From an uncultured virus (IMG/VR IMGVR_UViG_3300031474_000004) (Duplodnaviria > Heunggongvirae > Uroviricota > Caudoviricetes), in IMG/VR virus record IMGVR_UViG_3300031474_000004, positions 1 through 64,000 of that record: a stretch of 64,000 nt of DNA; one strand, written 5' to 3'. This document shows positions 32,261 through 42,979 of this stretch, piece by piece (the stretch's first letter is position 1; each line of letters starts with the position of its first letter). Both the position numbers and the translations under genes were made by a program. A model generated the notes under the pieces. It was not told where the DNA came from. It saw only the letters and a list, made by a program, of their open reading frames with translations, and searched no databases.

Positions 32261-32366
32261 ATTTTTAGTGATTCGATTATGGAATCCTTGTTCAACGAAA
32301 GAAATTCATCTCGAGCAAATTCTTGATATTGAACTCATTCTCGGATACGTCGCTAATTAATCCCAG

Positions 32367-34844
32367 ATGTCATTGTTCAAGCTTAAAAGGGGAGACTTTG
32401 ATTCGTTCTCCATAAACACGAATCCTCTTCGTACATACTCATCGTCAAGTGCGGGTGTCACGGGAAGCCTGAACATATTTGCGAGACGATCATCGACTGA
32501 GAAGGACGTTCCTACGAGCAGCACGTTCGTGGATTCAACACACAGTGACAGCGGTATCGCGAGCTCGATTGATCACGTTCAAAAGGTCGGTAAGTTGTTC
32601 AGGAACAACTCCGCGACTCGGACAAGCGATCCAACATTGTTCAATCGAACGTTGCAATCGTTTCTGACCGACGTCAACAACACGTCAACGTCCGCGAGGA
32701 AGCAACAGAAACTCAGCATCTTTCGTACGGTTCCATCGTTCAACTTCACGGTCGATACATGCAGGAAGTTGCTGATCAAGAACACGCTGAATCCTTACTA
32801 CCGTGACATGTTCCCGCATGCTAACTGGGCGTACACGAACTACAATTGCTTGAATTTCTTCACCGCATCGACCGTTCCAACATCGAGCGTGTTGTTGTAT
32901 CCGAACGTTGAAGCCCCGATCGAACATGCTGGGTTCGTCGGTGGAACGTACTCGTTGTCAGGTGCGTTCAGCTTCGATTTTTGCATCAACCCCCGGTACA
33001 CGACATCGTCGCCCAACCAAGAATTCAAGGCGGGAACGTTGTTCCACCTTTCCTCGAGCTATGCGGTATCGTTGATCAGTGGTTCCGCTAAGGACGAGAA
33101 TGGGCATCCTTCGTTCTTTAGGTTGCAATTACAACTCTCTCACAGTGCCGATATCGTTCCGTCGCTGGCTGTGCCCGGAACGTCATTTCCCAACAACCTC
33201 ACATTCTTGTCAAACGACAATGTTCTGAAACGTAATAACTGGCATCACGTAATCATACGTTGGGGAACCAACTTAACGAATCATGGTACCGGTTCGTTCA
33301 ACATTGATAAGATCGATCAAGGAACATTCGTGATTCCCTCGGGAACGATTGAACTCAATGGAATTTGGCCAGCAGCCCTTTGCGTTGGTAACTTTTACGA
33401 AGGTGTTCCTGATATTGAAGCATTCTTCGCCAATGATCCCGCAACTCGTGACGGTCTTGAAGTGCTCGATGGTACGCCTGGCGTTGAAACGCCGTCTCGA
33501 TTCTCGTTCAACCACCCGCTGAATGCGGAGGTTCACGATCTGATGATCAAGCGGTACTACATGGGTGATAATGACATCGTCGCATCAGCCTCACGAGGTC
33601 CCACGGAGATCCCCGCCGACAAGTTCGCATTGTTCATTCCTCCGTTCTTCGTTGAGGATTCTCCTTTCAGGCAATTCGTCGGAACCCACGGCGGGGTTCC
33701 ACAAACTCCGTTCTTTGAGCTTGATAGTTCGACGAATGATCCATTCAACGTTGCGATGTCATTCGGTGTCGGAGGACATTACATCAACCTCGAAAACTTT
33801 GTTCGAGACTTTGCATCCGACGTGTTTCCTCGTTTGCATCACTTGACGGGAGTCGCGATAACGACAACGACCGATGATTTCAGATCTGCGAACGAGTACC
33901 TGTACGCTCAACCATTCGTTGTGAAGAGAAATCTGACGATCCTTCCTTGCGATGACGGCACGTTCGTTCCTAACTTCGACCTGTTGCAGGATGAATCACC
34001 GAATTCAAAGTTCACGAATGATTTGGGTTCTGAGGATCTCAGTCTCATCAACATGAGCGAGATGATGAACACGTCATCGTTGTTGTTCGGTACTGATTTT
34101 GGAACCGATGCAAAGTCTCTCGAGGAAGCGAACGCATTCGTTGACGAACTGATTGGATTCACGCCCGAACAACCGGGCCGCTCTGCCGGTAATGCATTCA
34201 GGAACTTCGTTCGCTTGATAGACGCATCTGTAGCTTCGGGAACGTTCGATCCAGGATTGCAAGCAGGCGCGCCACTGACGATCTACAATCGAACAAGGGA
34301 CGCTTCGTCAAATCAGGTGACGATGTTCGACCTCAGCAACCTTTTTTATGGTGACAAGATTGATTCTGAATCATTCACCATGAGCGATTCTGGTCTTTCC
34401 GGGTCCGGAGGGACAATTCGAATCACTTTGAAGGACGATGGAAGGGGAAACCTATACCGTGCAGATGCTGAAACGTCACACCCGAAATGGAATAGTGTTG
34501 GAAGTATCTACCCCTACGAAGGTGTGATAGTCATTAAAAGCCCCCATCTCAATTTTTTTGGACAAGAACAGTACGACATGAGTTTTCGAGGAGAGAGAAA
34601 CGTTCACGTGATGAAGATTGATTGCATTGCGCCGGCAGGACAGTTGAACTCATCATCGAATCCGAATTTCACGTCCGTTCTACCGTCGGGTCATGCAAAC
34701 GATCCTGATACTGAGTTCGTTTACGTGAATCAAATTTTGTTACACGATGACAATCTAAACGTAGTTGCAAAAGCGCAGCTTGTTCAACCAATGATGAAAC
34801 GCCTTGGTGATAAATATCTTTTCCGAATAAAACTCGACTGGTAG
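32367..34844 (+). CDS. LamG-like domain virion/baseplate protein with tail-collar-like C-half motif
   Basis: FSFDFCINP, NNWHHVIIRW (LamG-like), NSSSNPNF...LHDDNLNVVAKAQLVQP...RIKLDW; TAATTA upstream. Confidence 0.7.
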   Translation: MSLFKLKRGDFDSFSINTNPLRTYSSSSAGVTGSLNIFARRSSTEKDVPTSSTFVDSTHSDSGIASSIDHVQKVGKLFRNNSATRTSDPTLFNRTLQSFLTDVNNTSTSARKQQKLSIFRTVPSFNFTVDTCRKLLIKNTLNPYYRDMFPHANWAYTNYNCLNFFTASTVPTSSVLLYPNVEAPIEHAGFVGGTYSLSGAFSFDFCINPRYTTSSPNQEFKAGTLFHLSSSYAVSLISGSAKDENGHPSFFRLQLQLSHSADIVPSLAVPGTSFPNNLTFLSNDNVLKRNNWHHVIIRWGTNLTNHGTGSFNIDKIDQGTFVIPSGTIELNGIWPAALCVGNFYEGVPDIEAFFANDPATRDGLEVLDGTPGVETPSRFSFNHPLNAEVHDLMIKRYYMGDNDIVASASRGPTEIPADKFALFIPPFFVEDSPFRQFVGTHGGVPQTPFFELDSSTNDPFNVAMSFGVGGHYINLENFVRDFASDVFPRLHHLTGVAITTTTDDFRSANEYLYAQPFVVKRNLTILPCDDGTFVPNFDLLQDESPNSKFTNDLGSEDLSLINMSEMMNTSSLLFGTDFGTDAKSLEEANAFVDELIGFTPEQPGRSAGNAFRNFVRLIDASVASGTFDPGLQAGAPLTIYNRTRDASSNQVTMFDLSNLFYGDKIDSESFTMSDSGLSGSGGTIRITLKDDGRGNLYRADAETSHPKWNSVGSIYPYEGVIVIKSPHLNFFGQEQYDMSFRGERNVHVMKIDCIAPAGQLNSSSNPNFTSVLPSGHANDPDTEFVYVNQILLHDDNLNVVAKAQLVQPMMKRLGDKYLFRIKLDW

Positions 34845-34902
34845 AGGTTAAACTAGTTCAAATTTTGAACACGAATTTTAAACGTGTTATATTTATCGTG
34901 TT

Positions 34903-35184
34903 ATGAATCAGTACGTGGGGTTACAACAAGATCTGTATTTAGAGGAATCTAAAATGGAAAAAAATGCGTTGAAACGAAAACTTCGAACGATTTTTGAAAC
35001 TTCATTTTTTAAAAATGATGATCCCGCCTGCAAAGAAATGCTTGACATTGCTTTTGTAAACAATGATCAATTTAACATTACGAGGGAAATTGATTCATGG
35101 GTTTTGAACGCTGGTCGTGCACATTTATTGATTGCCAATAAAGATCTCAATCAAGTTCGTAAACTTGTAGCTAAACTTCAGTAA
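34903..35184 (+). CDS. Hypothetical protein
   Basis: ORF with TATTTA upstream. Confidence 0.5.
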   Translation: MNQYVGLQQDLYLEESKMEKNALKRKLRTIFETSFFKNDDPACKEMLDIAFVNNDQFNITREIDSWVLNAGRAHLLIANKDLNQVRKLVAKLQ

Positions 35185-35441
35185 TGATCTACAGGCCAGG
35201 ACAACAAGTAAAACTTGATCCAGCTTATTTTCAAGTATTAGTCAATTCGCCAATTGGTTCTAGTGATGTTGGGTTGATTATTTGTCAGCTAGATTCTCTA
35301 GATAGGAATGATAACGTTGAATACTTGGTTCTTTGGAATGGAATCAATTATTGTAAATACACGAATGAAATTGTTCTTGTTGAAGAAACGATAGTTGAAC
35401 GTGTTTTCAAGCGTTTATTGACGTTCATGAGTCATTCATGA
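35184..35441 (+). CDS. Small SH3-like protein (YRPGQQV)
   Basis: RPGQQVKL...GLII...YLVLW; C-terminal IVERVFKRL shared with 42976-43215. Confidence 0.55.
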   Translation: MIYRPGQQVKLDPAYFQVLVNSPIGSSDVGLIICQLDSLDRNDNVEYLVLWNGINYCKYTNEIVLVEETIVERVFKRLLTFMSHS

Positions 35442-35662
35442 TTCGTCGTTCATCTCCCTGGTACTCGTTCTTCAAAGCTTTCAAGATTGATGATCACGAT
35501 GGATTCGCTGAAACACTTGGTTTCGCCGATCTTCAGGATCTTGAACGATACGAGCCGATCGATGTCTTCAATTCAATGACTGGCGAGTTCATTCAGGTCA
35601 TGATGGCGATCGATCCAAACATGTCAATCAATGACGTCGTGCAGACAATGAAAGAATGTTGA
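35438..35662 (+). CDS. Hypothetical protein
   Basis: ATGA coupling. Confidence 0.5.
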   Translation: MIRRSSPWYSFFKAFKIDDHDGFAETLGFADLQDLERYEPIDVFNSMTGEFIQVMMAIDPNMSINDVVQTMKEC

Positions 35663-35678
35663 CCCCGAGACGTGCACT

Positions 35679-36107
35679 TTGATGCCACGTCTCCTACGTA
35701 TCAACGTGGCAACCACCAAAAAACGACGACGGAAATCTCGTAGAGCGAAACGTGGCGTCTACGTTTCACTGAAAACGGGACAAGTTTGCAATTATAGATC
35801 GGGGTGGGAATTACTTGTAATGAAACATCTTGACGAAAATCCACTTGTTGAGAAGTTCATATATGAACCTTTTGCAATTCCTTATGTTTCGAATTCAAGG
35901 ACGGGCAAAGTTCGAAGATATTATCCAGATCTTGCAATTGAGTATATAGATGGATCTCGTTGTCTAGTTGAAATCAAACCAAGCTCGAAGATCAAAAAAC
36001 CCACAGTTATTAAAAAAACGAATGCGGCGATTGCTTGGTGTTTAAACAACGGCATGATCTTCTCTTTTATAACTGAAAAGGATCTAAAGAGTTTAGGATT
36101 GTTGTGA
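35679..36107 (+). CDS. T4 gp4-like head-completion / TnsA-N family nuclease
   Basis: YRSGWE...YEP..IPY...RRYYPD...VEIKP...ITEKDL. Confidence 0.75.
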   Translation: MMPRLLRINVATTKKRRRKSRRAKRGVYVSLKTGQVCNYRSGWELLVMKHLDENPLVEKFIYEPFAIPYVSNSRTGKVRRYYPDLAIEYIDGSRCLVEIKPSSKIKKPTVIKKTNAAIAWCLNNGMIFSFITEKDLKSLGLL

Positions 36108-36933
36108 ATTACCAAAAGATTATTGATCAAATCGTTGATCGAGGAAAATTACGTGGTTTACCTCGAGTAAGACCAAAAGGTTTTGAACGTCATCATATTC
36201 TTCCATGTAGTTTTGGTGGCACGAATAAAAAATCGAATCTCGTTGATTTAACGCCTCGTGAACATTTTATTGTTCATCATCTTCTTGCAAGAATTCATGG
36301 TGGAAAAATGTCACAAGCATGGTGGATGATGTGTCATCAAAATAGTAAAACGGGATTCAAACCAAATTCAAGACAATATGAAACAGCAAAAAGATTATTT
36401 TCCAAAATCATCACGGGAAATAGTTTTGCTTGTGGAAAACGTTCTAAAGAACAATGTGAAAATATTAAAAGATCCGTTCAGAATTTTTATGATAATCTAA
36501 CTGATAGTGAACGTGAAGAACGTTCTCGTATTCAAAGTACATTTTTTAGCGAATTACATAAAGGAGTTCCTAAATCAGAAAATCACCGTGAAATTATTAG
36601 TAAATGCATGATAGAAGTACATGCAAATTCATCAATCGAGAAAAAACAATCTAGAGCAAAAAAGATTAGCATAGCGTCTAAGGGTCATCCGGGGGCGCCA
36701 CCTCCCCGTGGGCTAACAAAAGATTTTATCAAACACATAAAAGTGCATGTATTGGAAGAAAACACACTCTCGAAGAACGCTAAAAATTATCTAAAGCGAA
36801 TTTAGGTAATAAAAATGCGCGTGGAAAACGTACAGAAAAACAAATTCAAAATATGAGGCGAGGTCATGCATTGAAGCGACAAAAAGAAGGAAAACCTCAT
36901 CCCGGTGATGAAATTTTGTTGTCACAAACATAA
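36104..36933 (+). pseudogene. HNH homing endonuclease with a degenerate C-terminal tail
   Basis: ERHHILP...NLVDLTPREHFIVH; NUMOD-like tail continues in another frame after about 36705, with an internal TAA at 36781. Confidence 0.65.
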
Positions 36934-36950
36934 CTGTGTACAATTCGTAC

Positions 36951-37205
36951 ATGCCGTACATCAAGCAATGGGACCGTGCAGTACTGAATTCATCGACTCG
37001 AGAACCACAGACCGTTGGTGAGCTCAATTACATGATCACGAAGCTGGTGGATGAGTTCATTACACGAAACGGGAAGAATTACGCTACCATGAACGAAGCG
37101 ATGGGAGCATTGGAATGCGCGAAGCTCGAGCTTTACAGGCGAATAGTGTCACCGTACGAGGATGCGAAGATCATCGAAAACGGTGACGTCTACAAGAACG
37201 TTTAA
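36951..37205 (+). CDS. Conserved-looking phage hypothetical protein
   Basis: MPYIKQ...GELNY...[13 protein letters not shown]...PYED.KI.ENGDV. Confidence 0.7.
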   Translation: MPYIKQWDRAVLNSSTREPQTVGELNYMITKLVDEFITRNGKNYATMNEAMGALECAKLELYRRIVSPYEDAKIIENGDVYKNV

Positions 37206-37207
37206 TC

Positions 37208-38515
37208 ATGCTGATCAAAAATTTTGTGAACGGATTCGTCTCCCTGAAAGACGAGAATTTATCGATCATCATTGACCCGTGGATCACTGACGGAATTTAC
37301 GAGAATTCATGGTTCATTCATCCACCTTTGAAGAAGTTCGATGAGCTTTATGAAGCTGATTTCGTATTAATCACTCATATTCATGCTGATCATTTTGATG
37401 CGAACGCTCTTAAGTTAACAAACTCGAATGCTAAAATTCTAATTCCTGACATTTATCCAAATAGGAATGTTTGTAAGCGAAGATTACCTCAGGAACTTCA
37501 GCATCGCATAATGTTCATTCAACCGAAAATTAAGTTTCAACTTAACGAACGTTGTGAAATTGAATTCATACCGCCTATGAATACGTTTGGTCATAAAACG
37601 GATGAGAATAATTCGAATGATAACGTTCCGGCAATTGATACGGGAATTGTTGTCACAATGGATGGAAAACAATTCGTTTTTTTGGCCGATAATTTTCCCT
37701 TTGAATCGAACTCATTGAGCGAGCAAGTCAATGGTTGTGAATTGTTCGCGTTTCCATACAATACTTTCGCAGATGATTACCCGCTTTGTTACGATGATCT
37801 ATCAATCGATGAAAAGAGGCAAAAATCTCTCAATAGGAACGAACACAAGTTCAAATTGATGATTGATGTCATTCGTAGGATGAATCCGAAGAATTTACTT
37901 CCGTATTCATCAGATTTTTTATTGGGGGGACCGCGTTAGAATGAATTTCTTAGTGTTCATCCAGAACAATTTTTGCGTAAAGAATTCATTGCATCAACGT
38001 ACGAACGAACGACGAAGATCCCAACACATTTCATTATGGGAAATGATGAATTATTGATTCAAGATGGGATCGGTAAGGTCACGAAATTTGAAAATGATCA
38101 TGATTTGAAAACACGAGCGAATGAATTGTATAGACAAAAATCGAACATTCATGATTCATACAAAAAGGTTGACATGAACGAGTTCATTGCGAACTTTCGA
38201 ATCGCATCTGTGAATGCTCGTAAAAAGCTAATAGAAATGAATCTAAGTTCATCTTGGACGTTTCAACTTGTTCCTCAAGATCATGATACATTGTTGAGTT
38301 ACGACATAAAGAATGATCAAGTGATCGTCGAAAACATCAAATCAATGCAACAAAATGAATTGCGATGCATTGCCCCAATCGAGTATTTGAATGCTTTGTT
38401 GACGTTCAAATCCCATTGGGACAATGCGATCATTTCGTGCAATCTTTCCTGGAACCGTTCACCAGATGATTACGATGTCGGAATCTACAAGATGCTAAAC
38501 TTCTTTCATATTTAA
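37208..38515 (+). CDS. MBL-fold metallo-hydrolase (CMP-Neu5Ac hydroxylase/UlaG-like), interrupted by in-frame TAG at 37937
   Basis: IDPW, THIHADH, D in FLADN, PYSS; ORF 37973-38515 is in the same frame. Confidence 0.65.
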
Positions 38516-39489
38516 TCGTTGTTCCATAGATCATGAAGTGATTCACGGACGAGAGTTCTTTCTTGAGTTGTTAGATCATGATTGAACACGAGAATTCTTG
38601 CTACTTGTGCATTGTTTTGTCCCGTATGGGGTCCGGGTACCGGGTTCGCACAGATCGACAATCCTCCGATATTTCGTGGACTGATATCATCCATGTTCCA
38701 TGAAAATTGTTCATCAAAGTACGCGGTGAGCGTTCCTGAACCATTCGAGCTGATCTCAATCATGTGCTTGTTCAAGTCAATATGGGCAATGATAGAACTG
38801 CTCGAAATCATGTGTGATTCATTGTTGATCGCAAGAACGAAATCGGATTCATCGTTGTACAGGTACATTTGATAGAATGCCGTAGTGGTGTTCAAGTTAA
38901 AATCAAAGATTCCCGCTTCGCTCGAAGGTGTATCATTCAATTTCAACACGACGAACATTGACCATTCCTTGAAACTGCCCGATGGATTCGAAAGCGTTTC
39001 GAATAAGCTGGGAAATTCAAAGTTGTCAAGCCATTGTTCAGCTTCATTCGCGTCTTTTGGTCCTTCGAATTTAATACTTTTGACAGAATTTCCTCCGAAC
39101 GTTGTTTCAAGTGTTGGTTCGTGACCGCTACCCGTAAAGTACGTTTCTTCACCGGCCGAATTTCCGATGAACAAGACATCCGAACTCGATAATGATAGTG
39201 AACTCGTATTTTCAGGATTGAAATCCCAGATGCAACCCGATACGTCGGTAGGAATTTCCTCCAACGGGAAGAACAAAATATTTCCTTCCTCGCCGTTAAA
39301 ACATGTACGTAAAAGTTTGACTTCGCTTGATCCGTAAGTTGTGATCATGTCGTTCAAAGTTCCTTCGAACTCGACCGATCCCGATAGATTAAGTGAACCG
39401 CTAAGCTCGCCGCTAAAAATGTTGAGATTAAAATTCATAGTTTCCACCCGTAATTGAGAATCAAATTGGGATTCCCCCTTTGTTATCAT
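38512..39489 (-). CDS. LamG/ConA-like domain protein, putative virion protein
   Basis: WSMFVVLK...ARILVFNHDLTTQER; start at 39489 or 39438. Confidence 0.6.
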   Translation of the reverse strand: MITKGESQFDSQLRVETMNFNLNIFSGELSGSLNLSGSVEFEGTLNDMITTYGSSEVKLLRTCFNGEEGNILFFPLEEIPTDVSGCIWDFNPENTSSLSLSSSDVLFIGNSAGEETYFTGSGHEPTLETTFGGNSVKSIKFEGPKDANEAEQWLDNFEFPSLFETLSNPSGSFKEWSMFVVLKLNDTPSSEAGIFDFNLNTTTAFYQMYLYNDESDFVLAINNESHMISSSSIIAHIDLNKHMIEISSNGSGTLTAYFDEQFSWNMDDISPRNIGGLSICANPVPGPHTGQNNAQVARILVFNHDLTTQERTLVRESLHDLWNND

Positions 39490-39572
39490 ATACTTATGGG
39501 TTTCATGATGAAGTTTTACCAACTTCAAAAGAGTTCGTTTAACTTTCTTCGTAAAAACTTTACAATGAACTT

Positions 39573-40109
39573 GTGGTAGTAATTGGTCTTGACATTTCAA
39601 CTTCATGCACAGGCTTTTGTGCATATGAATCTCTCACAAAAACAATCCTGAAACTTGACCACATCGATTTCAAAGATTGCAAAACAATATGGTCGAAGGC
39701 CGACAAAGTTCGCGATTACTTCAAGACAATCGAATACGACGTTGGATTCCTCGCAATCGAAGAGATTGCAATGATGTACGGGATGGGGGCTTCATCCGCA
39801 GGAACGATCACAACACTAGCTCGATTCAACGGGCTCGTATCGTACCTTGCTCGTGATCGTTTTGGAATCGAGCCCGTTCACATGACTCCCGCTCAAGCGA
39901 GAAAAGCGTGTGGATTGAAGATGCTTCAGAAACAGAAACACCCGCAAAAGCTCCCCCACAAGGAACAATGCTTCGTCACGATGTGTGCGACGGATCTTAA
40001 ACACGTTGTTTGGCCAACGAAGAAGAACGGTCAGATCGTTGATTGGGCAAGGGACGAATGTGACAGTTTCATCATTGCAAAGGGAGCCGCGAATTTATTT
40101 GTAAAATGA
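39573..40109 (+). CDS. RuvC-like Holliday junction resolvase
   Basis: IGLDISTSCTG, AIEE, DECDSFIIA. Confidence 0.85.
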   Translation: MVVIGLDISTSCTGFCAYESLTKTILKLDHIDFKDCKTIWSKADKVRDYFKTIEYDVGFLAIEEIAMMYGMGASSAGTITTLARFNGLVSYLARDRFGIEPVHMTPAQARKACGLKMLQKQKHPQKLPHKEQCFVTMCATDLKHVVWPTKKNGQIVDWARDECDSFIIAKGAANLFVK

Positions 40110-40147
40110 ACGTGTTTTCTTTTCGTGAGCTGTATTAAATTTCAATA

Positions 40148-40471
40148 GTGATACATCAAGAATCACAGAAAAGAAATCAAATGCCCCGGAAGAAGTTTAC
40201 ACCACACGATCACGTTGCTGATGCAAAGTTTGCCGCCGACACGCTCAAGGCCATTTCTACGATTTTGGATGAAAATGGGAAACTAAAGCTGAGCGCGCCG
40301 ATCAGACTTGTTGTTAAGATTTTGAATCACGCTGTGAAATGTGAAAACGCTAAGATCGAAGTACGTCAACGATTGAATTCGAAACGGTTCGATAGTTTTA
40401 TCAAGAATCGTGATGATCTGAAAGCTCTTCTAGAACTTGCTCGTCAAATTGAACGAAACAAGATCAAGTGA
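40148..40471 (+). CDS. Hypothetical protein
   Basis: ORF after a GTGTTT...TAAAT promoter-like motif. Confidence 0.5.
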   Translation: MIHQESQKRNQMPRKKFTPHDHVADAKFAADTLKAISTILDENGKLKLSAPIRLVVKILNHAVKCENAKIEVRQRLNSKRFDSFIKNRDDLKALLELARQIERNKIK

Positions 40472-40503
40472 ACGTCGATCTCAAGAAGACGTATAATTGA
40501 TAC

Positions 40504-41376
40504 GTGAGTGTCATCTACGTCATTAAGACGTGTAACAAGAACGTTCAACGTCAAGAAGCTTGTTCGAAGACATGGTTGATGAATGTCGATCCTTCGAACG
40601 TTTTCTGGAATGGTGACACCAACGAACATGATATTGAACGTGGTTACGTTGGTGTTGCCGAAAAATTCGAACGATTCATGATCAATCACTCGTTCAACGA
40701 GTTGAATTGGTACATGTTCGTTGATGATGACACGTATGTGAACGTGGATTCGCTCCAATCCTGGACTTCCACTCTCGACATCAAGAAATTACTTTGTTTT
40801 GGATACCTCTTATCTCCATGTCCTCAACCAACTTCGTTGGGAAGAGCGTGGACAAACAAGCATAAGGTTCTTCAAGGTGGTGCCGGGATCTTGATGTCGG
40901 GTCGATTATGTTTGTATCTACAGAAGACGATCAAGACGACTGATTCAAGAGTTGCGAAATCAGTTCAAGACGATGAGTTGATCATGAAAACACCATGTGA
41001 GGGAAAACCTCCGTGTTCGTGTTTGTTTTGTGCTGATGATCAATGGATCCTTCAATTCGTTCGTGAAGCTGAAGAAAAGATCAAAACAAAAATTGTTCAT
41101 GATACACCAGTTTCTGCGATAGTTCCCTCAATGAACAAAGGGGGAAAGTTAGTAAATAAAAAATTAGGTTCTCTTTTTCCCAATTGGGAACCGAATCGAG
41201 CGAATTCATTCTATCGTGAGAACAAGAAACTCTACGTTGACGTTTTTTTGAAAGGAAGCGTATTTACGATGTCAAACCTTTCGCCCGCTGGAATGAAGGG
41301 GCTTGACATGGTGATGAAGAAAGAGTTGAAGAATTCAGAGAAAACATATGAGTTCCTTGTGAAATATTCGAAATAA
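40504..41376 (+). CDS. GT31/Fringe-like glycosyltransferase
   Basis: KTW, WYMFVDDDTYVN (DxD), GGAGILMS, DD. Confidence 0.75.
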   Translation: MSVIYVIKTCNKNVQRQEACSKTWLMNVDPSNVFWNGDTNEHDIERGYVGVAEKFERFMINHSFNELNWYMFVDDDTYVNVDSLQSWTSTLDIKKLLCFGYLLSPCPQPTSLGRAWTNKHKVLQGGAGILMSGRLCLYLQKTIKTTDSRVAKSVQDDELIMKTPCEGKPPCSCLFCADDQWILQFVREAEEKIKTKIVHDTPVSAIVPSMNKGGKLVNKKLGSLFPNWEPNRANSFYRENKKLYVDVFLKGSVFTMSNLSPAGMKGLDMVMKKELKNSEKTYEFLVKYSK

Positions 41377-42284
41377 TGCCGTATTGTCCTCAAACATATA
41401 ATTTGCCGTCTTATTGTCCCCTTTGTGGAACATTTTTAGATGGCAAAAATCAATCAGTTGATCATATTATTGCCATAAACAATTTTAAACAAAAACAAAA
41501 AGATATTTTGAACGTAACCTGGTTAAAGGTTGATCTTTGTAACCCCTGTCATACTAAAAAAACTGATATTGACAATGTTCAAATGTGTTTAAACACGTTC
41601 GGTGATTTTAGTTCAAATCATGATGAACTTCTTGTTAAAAGAATTGCAGCGCTCAAACAATCGCTGAGAGGAAGAATTTCATTATTCAGTAGAAGAAGAT
41701 ATTCTAGACCGGGGCGTTGGTACAAGCGTTGTACACGTATAACGACGGTAAAGCAATCACGATTGTTCAAACTAGCGTTGAATTTCATTAAATCTGGAAA
41801 TACACAACCTCAAATTCTGAATAATGGAATTCTTGCAAATTGCATAGACGTGTCAAATCTACGACCTGATTTAGACGAACTAAGGGTCATGATTGCAAAA
41901 GAGCTGGTATTTTACAATACGGGACTATTTTTCCCGCAATTTTGTGTTAGCGAATGTTATGGGCATGACGATATTTTTGATATTTTTGATTGTTTAGAAA
42001 CAACTTATGTGCCAGTTTCACAACCTTTGTGGTTCAATGATACAGGAGCATACAAAAATTTGGTAAAGTATGATATTAAATTTTTAGACGATGAAACATT
42101 GGTTCGTTTTAGAATGTTTGAAACGAAATTTTCGTCAGCAACGAATCCTCAACACATACTGAACTGGATTTATGTCAAACTTCCCGCCGTTATTCCTCTA
42201 TGGACAAGAAAATCTACGGTAAAATCCCCACCCAACAATCAATTACTACGGATTTTTTTCTTACCTCGAGGAATTCGTTTCTAA
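41376..42284 (+). CDS. HNH-domain protein
   Basis: CPLCG...DHII...CNPCHTKKT; AT-rich. Confidence 0.65.
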   Translation: MPYCPQTYNLPSYCPLCGTFLDGKNQSVDHIIAINNFKQKQKDILNVTWLKVDLCNPCHTKKTDIDNVQMCLNTFGDFSSNHDELLVKRIAALKQSLRGRISLFSRRRYSRPGRWYKRCTRITTVKQSRLFKLALNFIKSGNTQPQILNNGILANCIDVSNLRPDLDELRVMIAKELVFYNTGLFFPQFCVSECYGHDDIFDIFDCLETTYVPVSQPLWFNDTGAYKNLVKYDIKFLDDETLVRFRMFETKFSSATNPQHILNWIYVKLPAVIPLWTRKSTVKSPPNNQLLRIFFLPRGIRF

Positions 42285-42605
42285 ATGCTTTCTCGCTCTA
42301 ATTCGCTTCTTCGACTCAAAGCTCTCACTGATCACAAATGGTTGACGAAGGTTCCATTCGAACACGTTCGTTTCTTTCTGTTCGAGTGTGAAACATTGTA
42401 CGTGGGCAAGAACCACATTACGACGTTCAAAGGTAACCTGAAGCACTCGTTCACGTTCAATGGAAACTCGATTCCTACGATCTCGTATCGAACGAGATTT
42501 CGTAATCCACATTTGGATCAAAGTAAACGAAAGTACGAATGGTGGCATTTAAGTAATTTCATTCGATGCGCAGATGATCTAAGTGATCCGTTCGCTGGAA
42601 AATAA
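42285..42605 (+). CDS. Hypothetical protein
   Basis: Abuts the upstream stop. Confidence 0.45.
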   Translation: MLSRSNSLLRLKALTDHKWLTKVPFEHVRFFLFECETLYVGKNHITTFKGNLKHSFTFNGNSIPTISYRTRFRNPHLDQSKRKYEWWHLSNFIRCADDLSDPFAGK

Positions 42606-42637
42606 ATGGGTGTCTTTACGTTGATTGATGTGATACA

Positions 42638-42979
42638 TTGGATTTTATCATGAACAAAGATCTGAACTCAGAGGGATTTAGAGTTGCAAAGAGAAAACTT
42701 TCTCAATCTCAAGTTGAAGAACTATTGACGATTCTTCAAGAATATCCGCATTTTGCGAAGGATGTTTTGGTTAAAATGCCCGGGGGACGGATGGTATCTT
42801 TCGAAGATCATTTTCGAGAAACAAGAAAAAATATTTTCATTGATCAGATCAAATTGTCAAGATCAATTCATAATCCAAAAATGTTCGGACTTGAATTTGG
42901 TGAGAATAATGGGATCATGATTGATCCCGAATACATTAACATGGATAAATTGAACGATTTCTTGTTGAGCATTCAATGA
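42638..42979 (+). CDS. Hypothetical protein
   Basis: ORF after a promoter-like motif. Confidence 0.5.
   Translation: MDFIMNKDLNSEGFRVAKRKLSQSQVEELLTILQEYPHFAKDVLVKMPGGRMVSFEDHFRETRKNIFIDQIKLSRSIHNPKMFGLEFGENNGIMIDPEYINMDKLNDFLLSIQ

Noticed and set aside
19944..36107. Tn7-like transposon suggested by the TnsA-like domains
   Set aside because: No TnsB/TnsC or terminal repeats; the domains fit a HEG and a gp4-like head-completion nuclease
37937..37939. Genome-wide TAG recoding (code 15)
   Set aside because: Long genes are intact under code 11, and TAG ends genes at plausible termini (3411; RIKLDW-TAG at 34844)
270..41376. Eukaryotic giant virus (NCLDV) origin, suggested by GT31, collagen and Hc1
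   Set aside because: T4-like terminase, portal, protease and tail tube plus Shine-Dalgarno sites indicate a tailed bacteriophage
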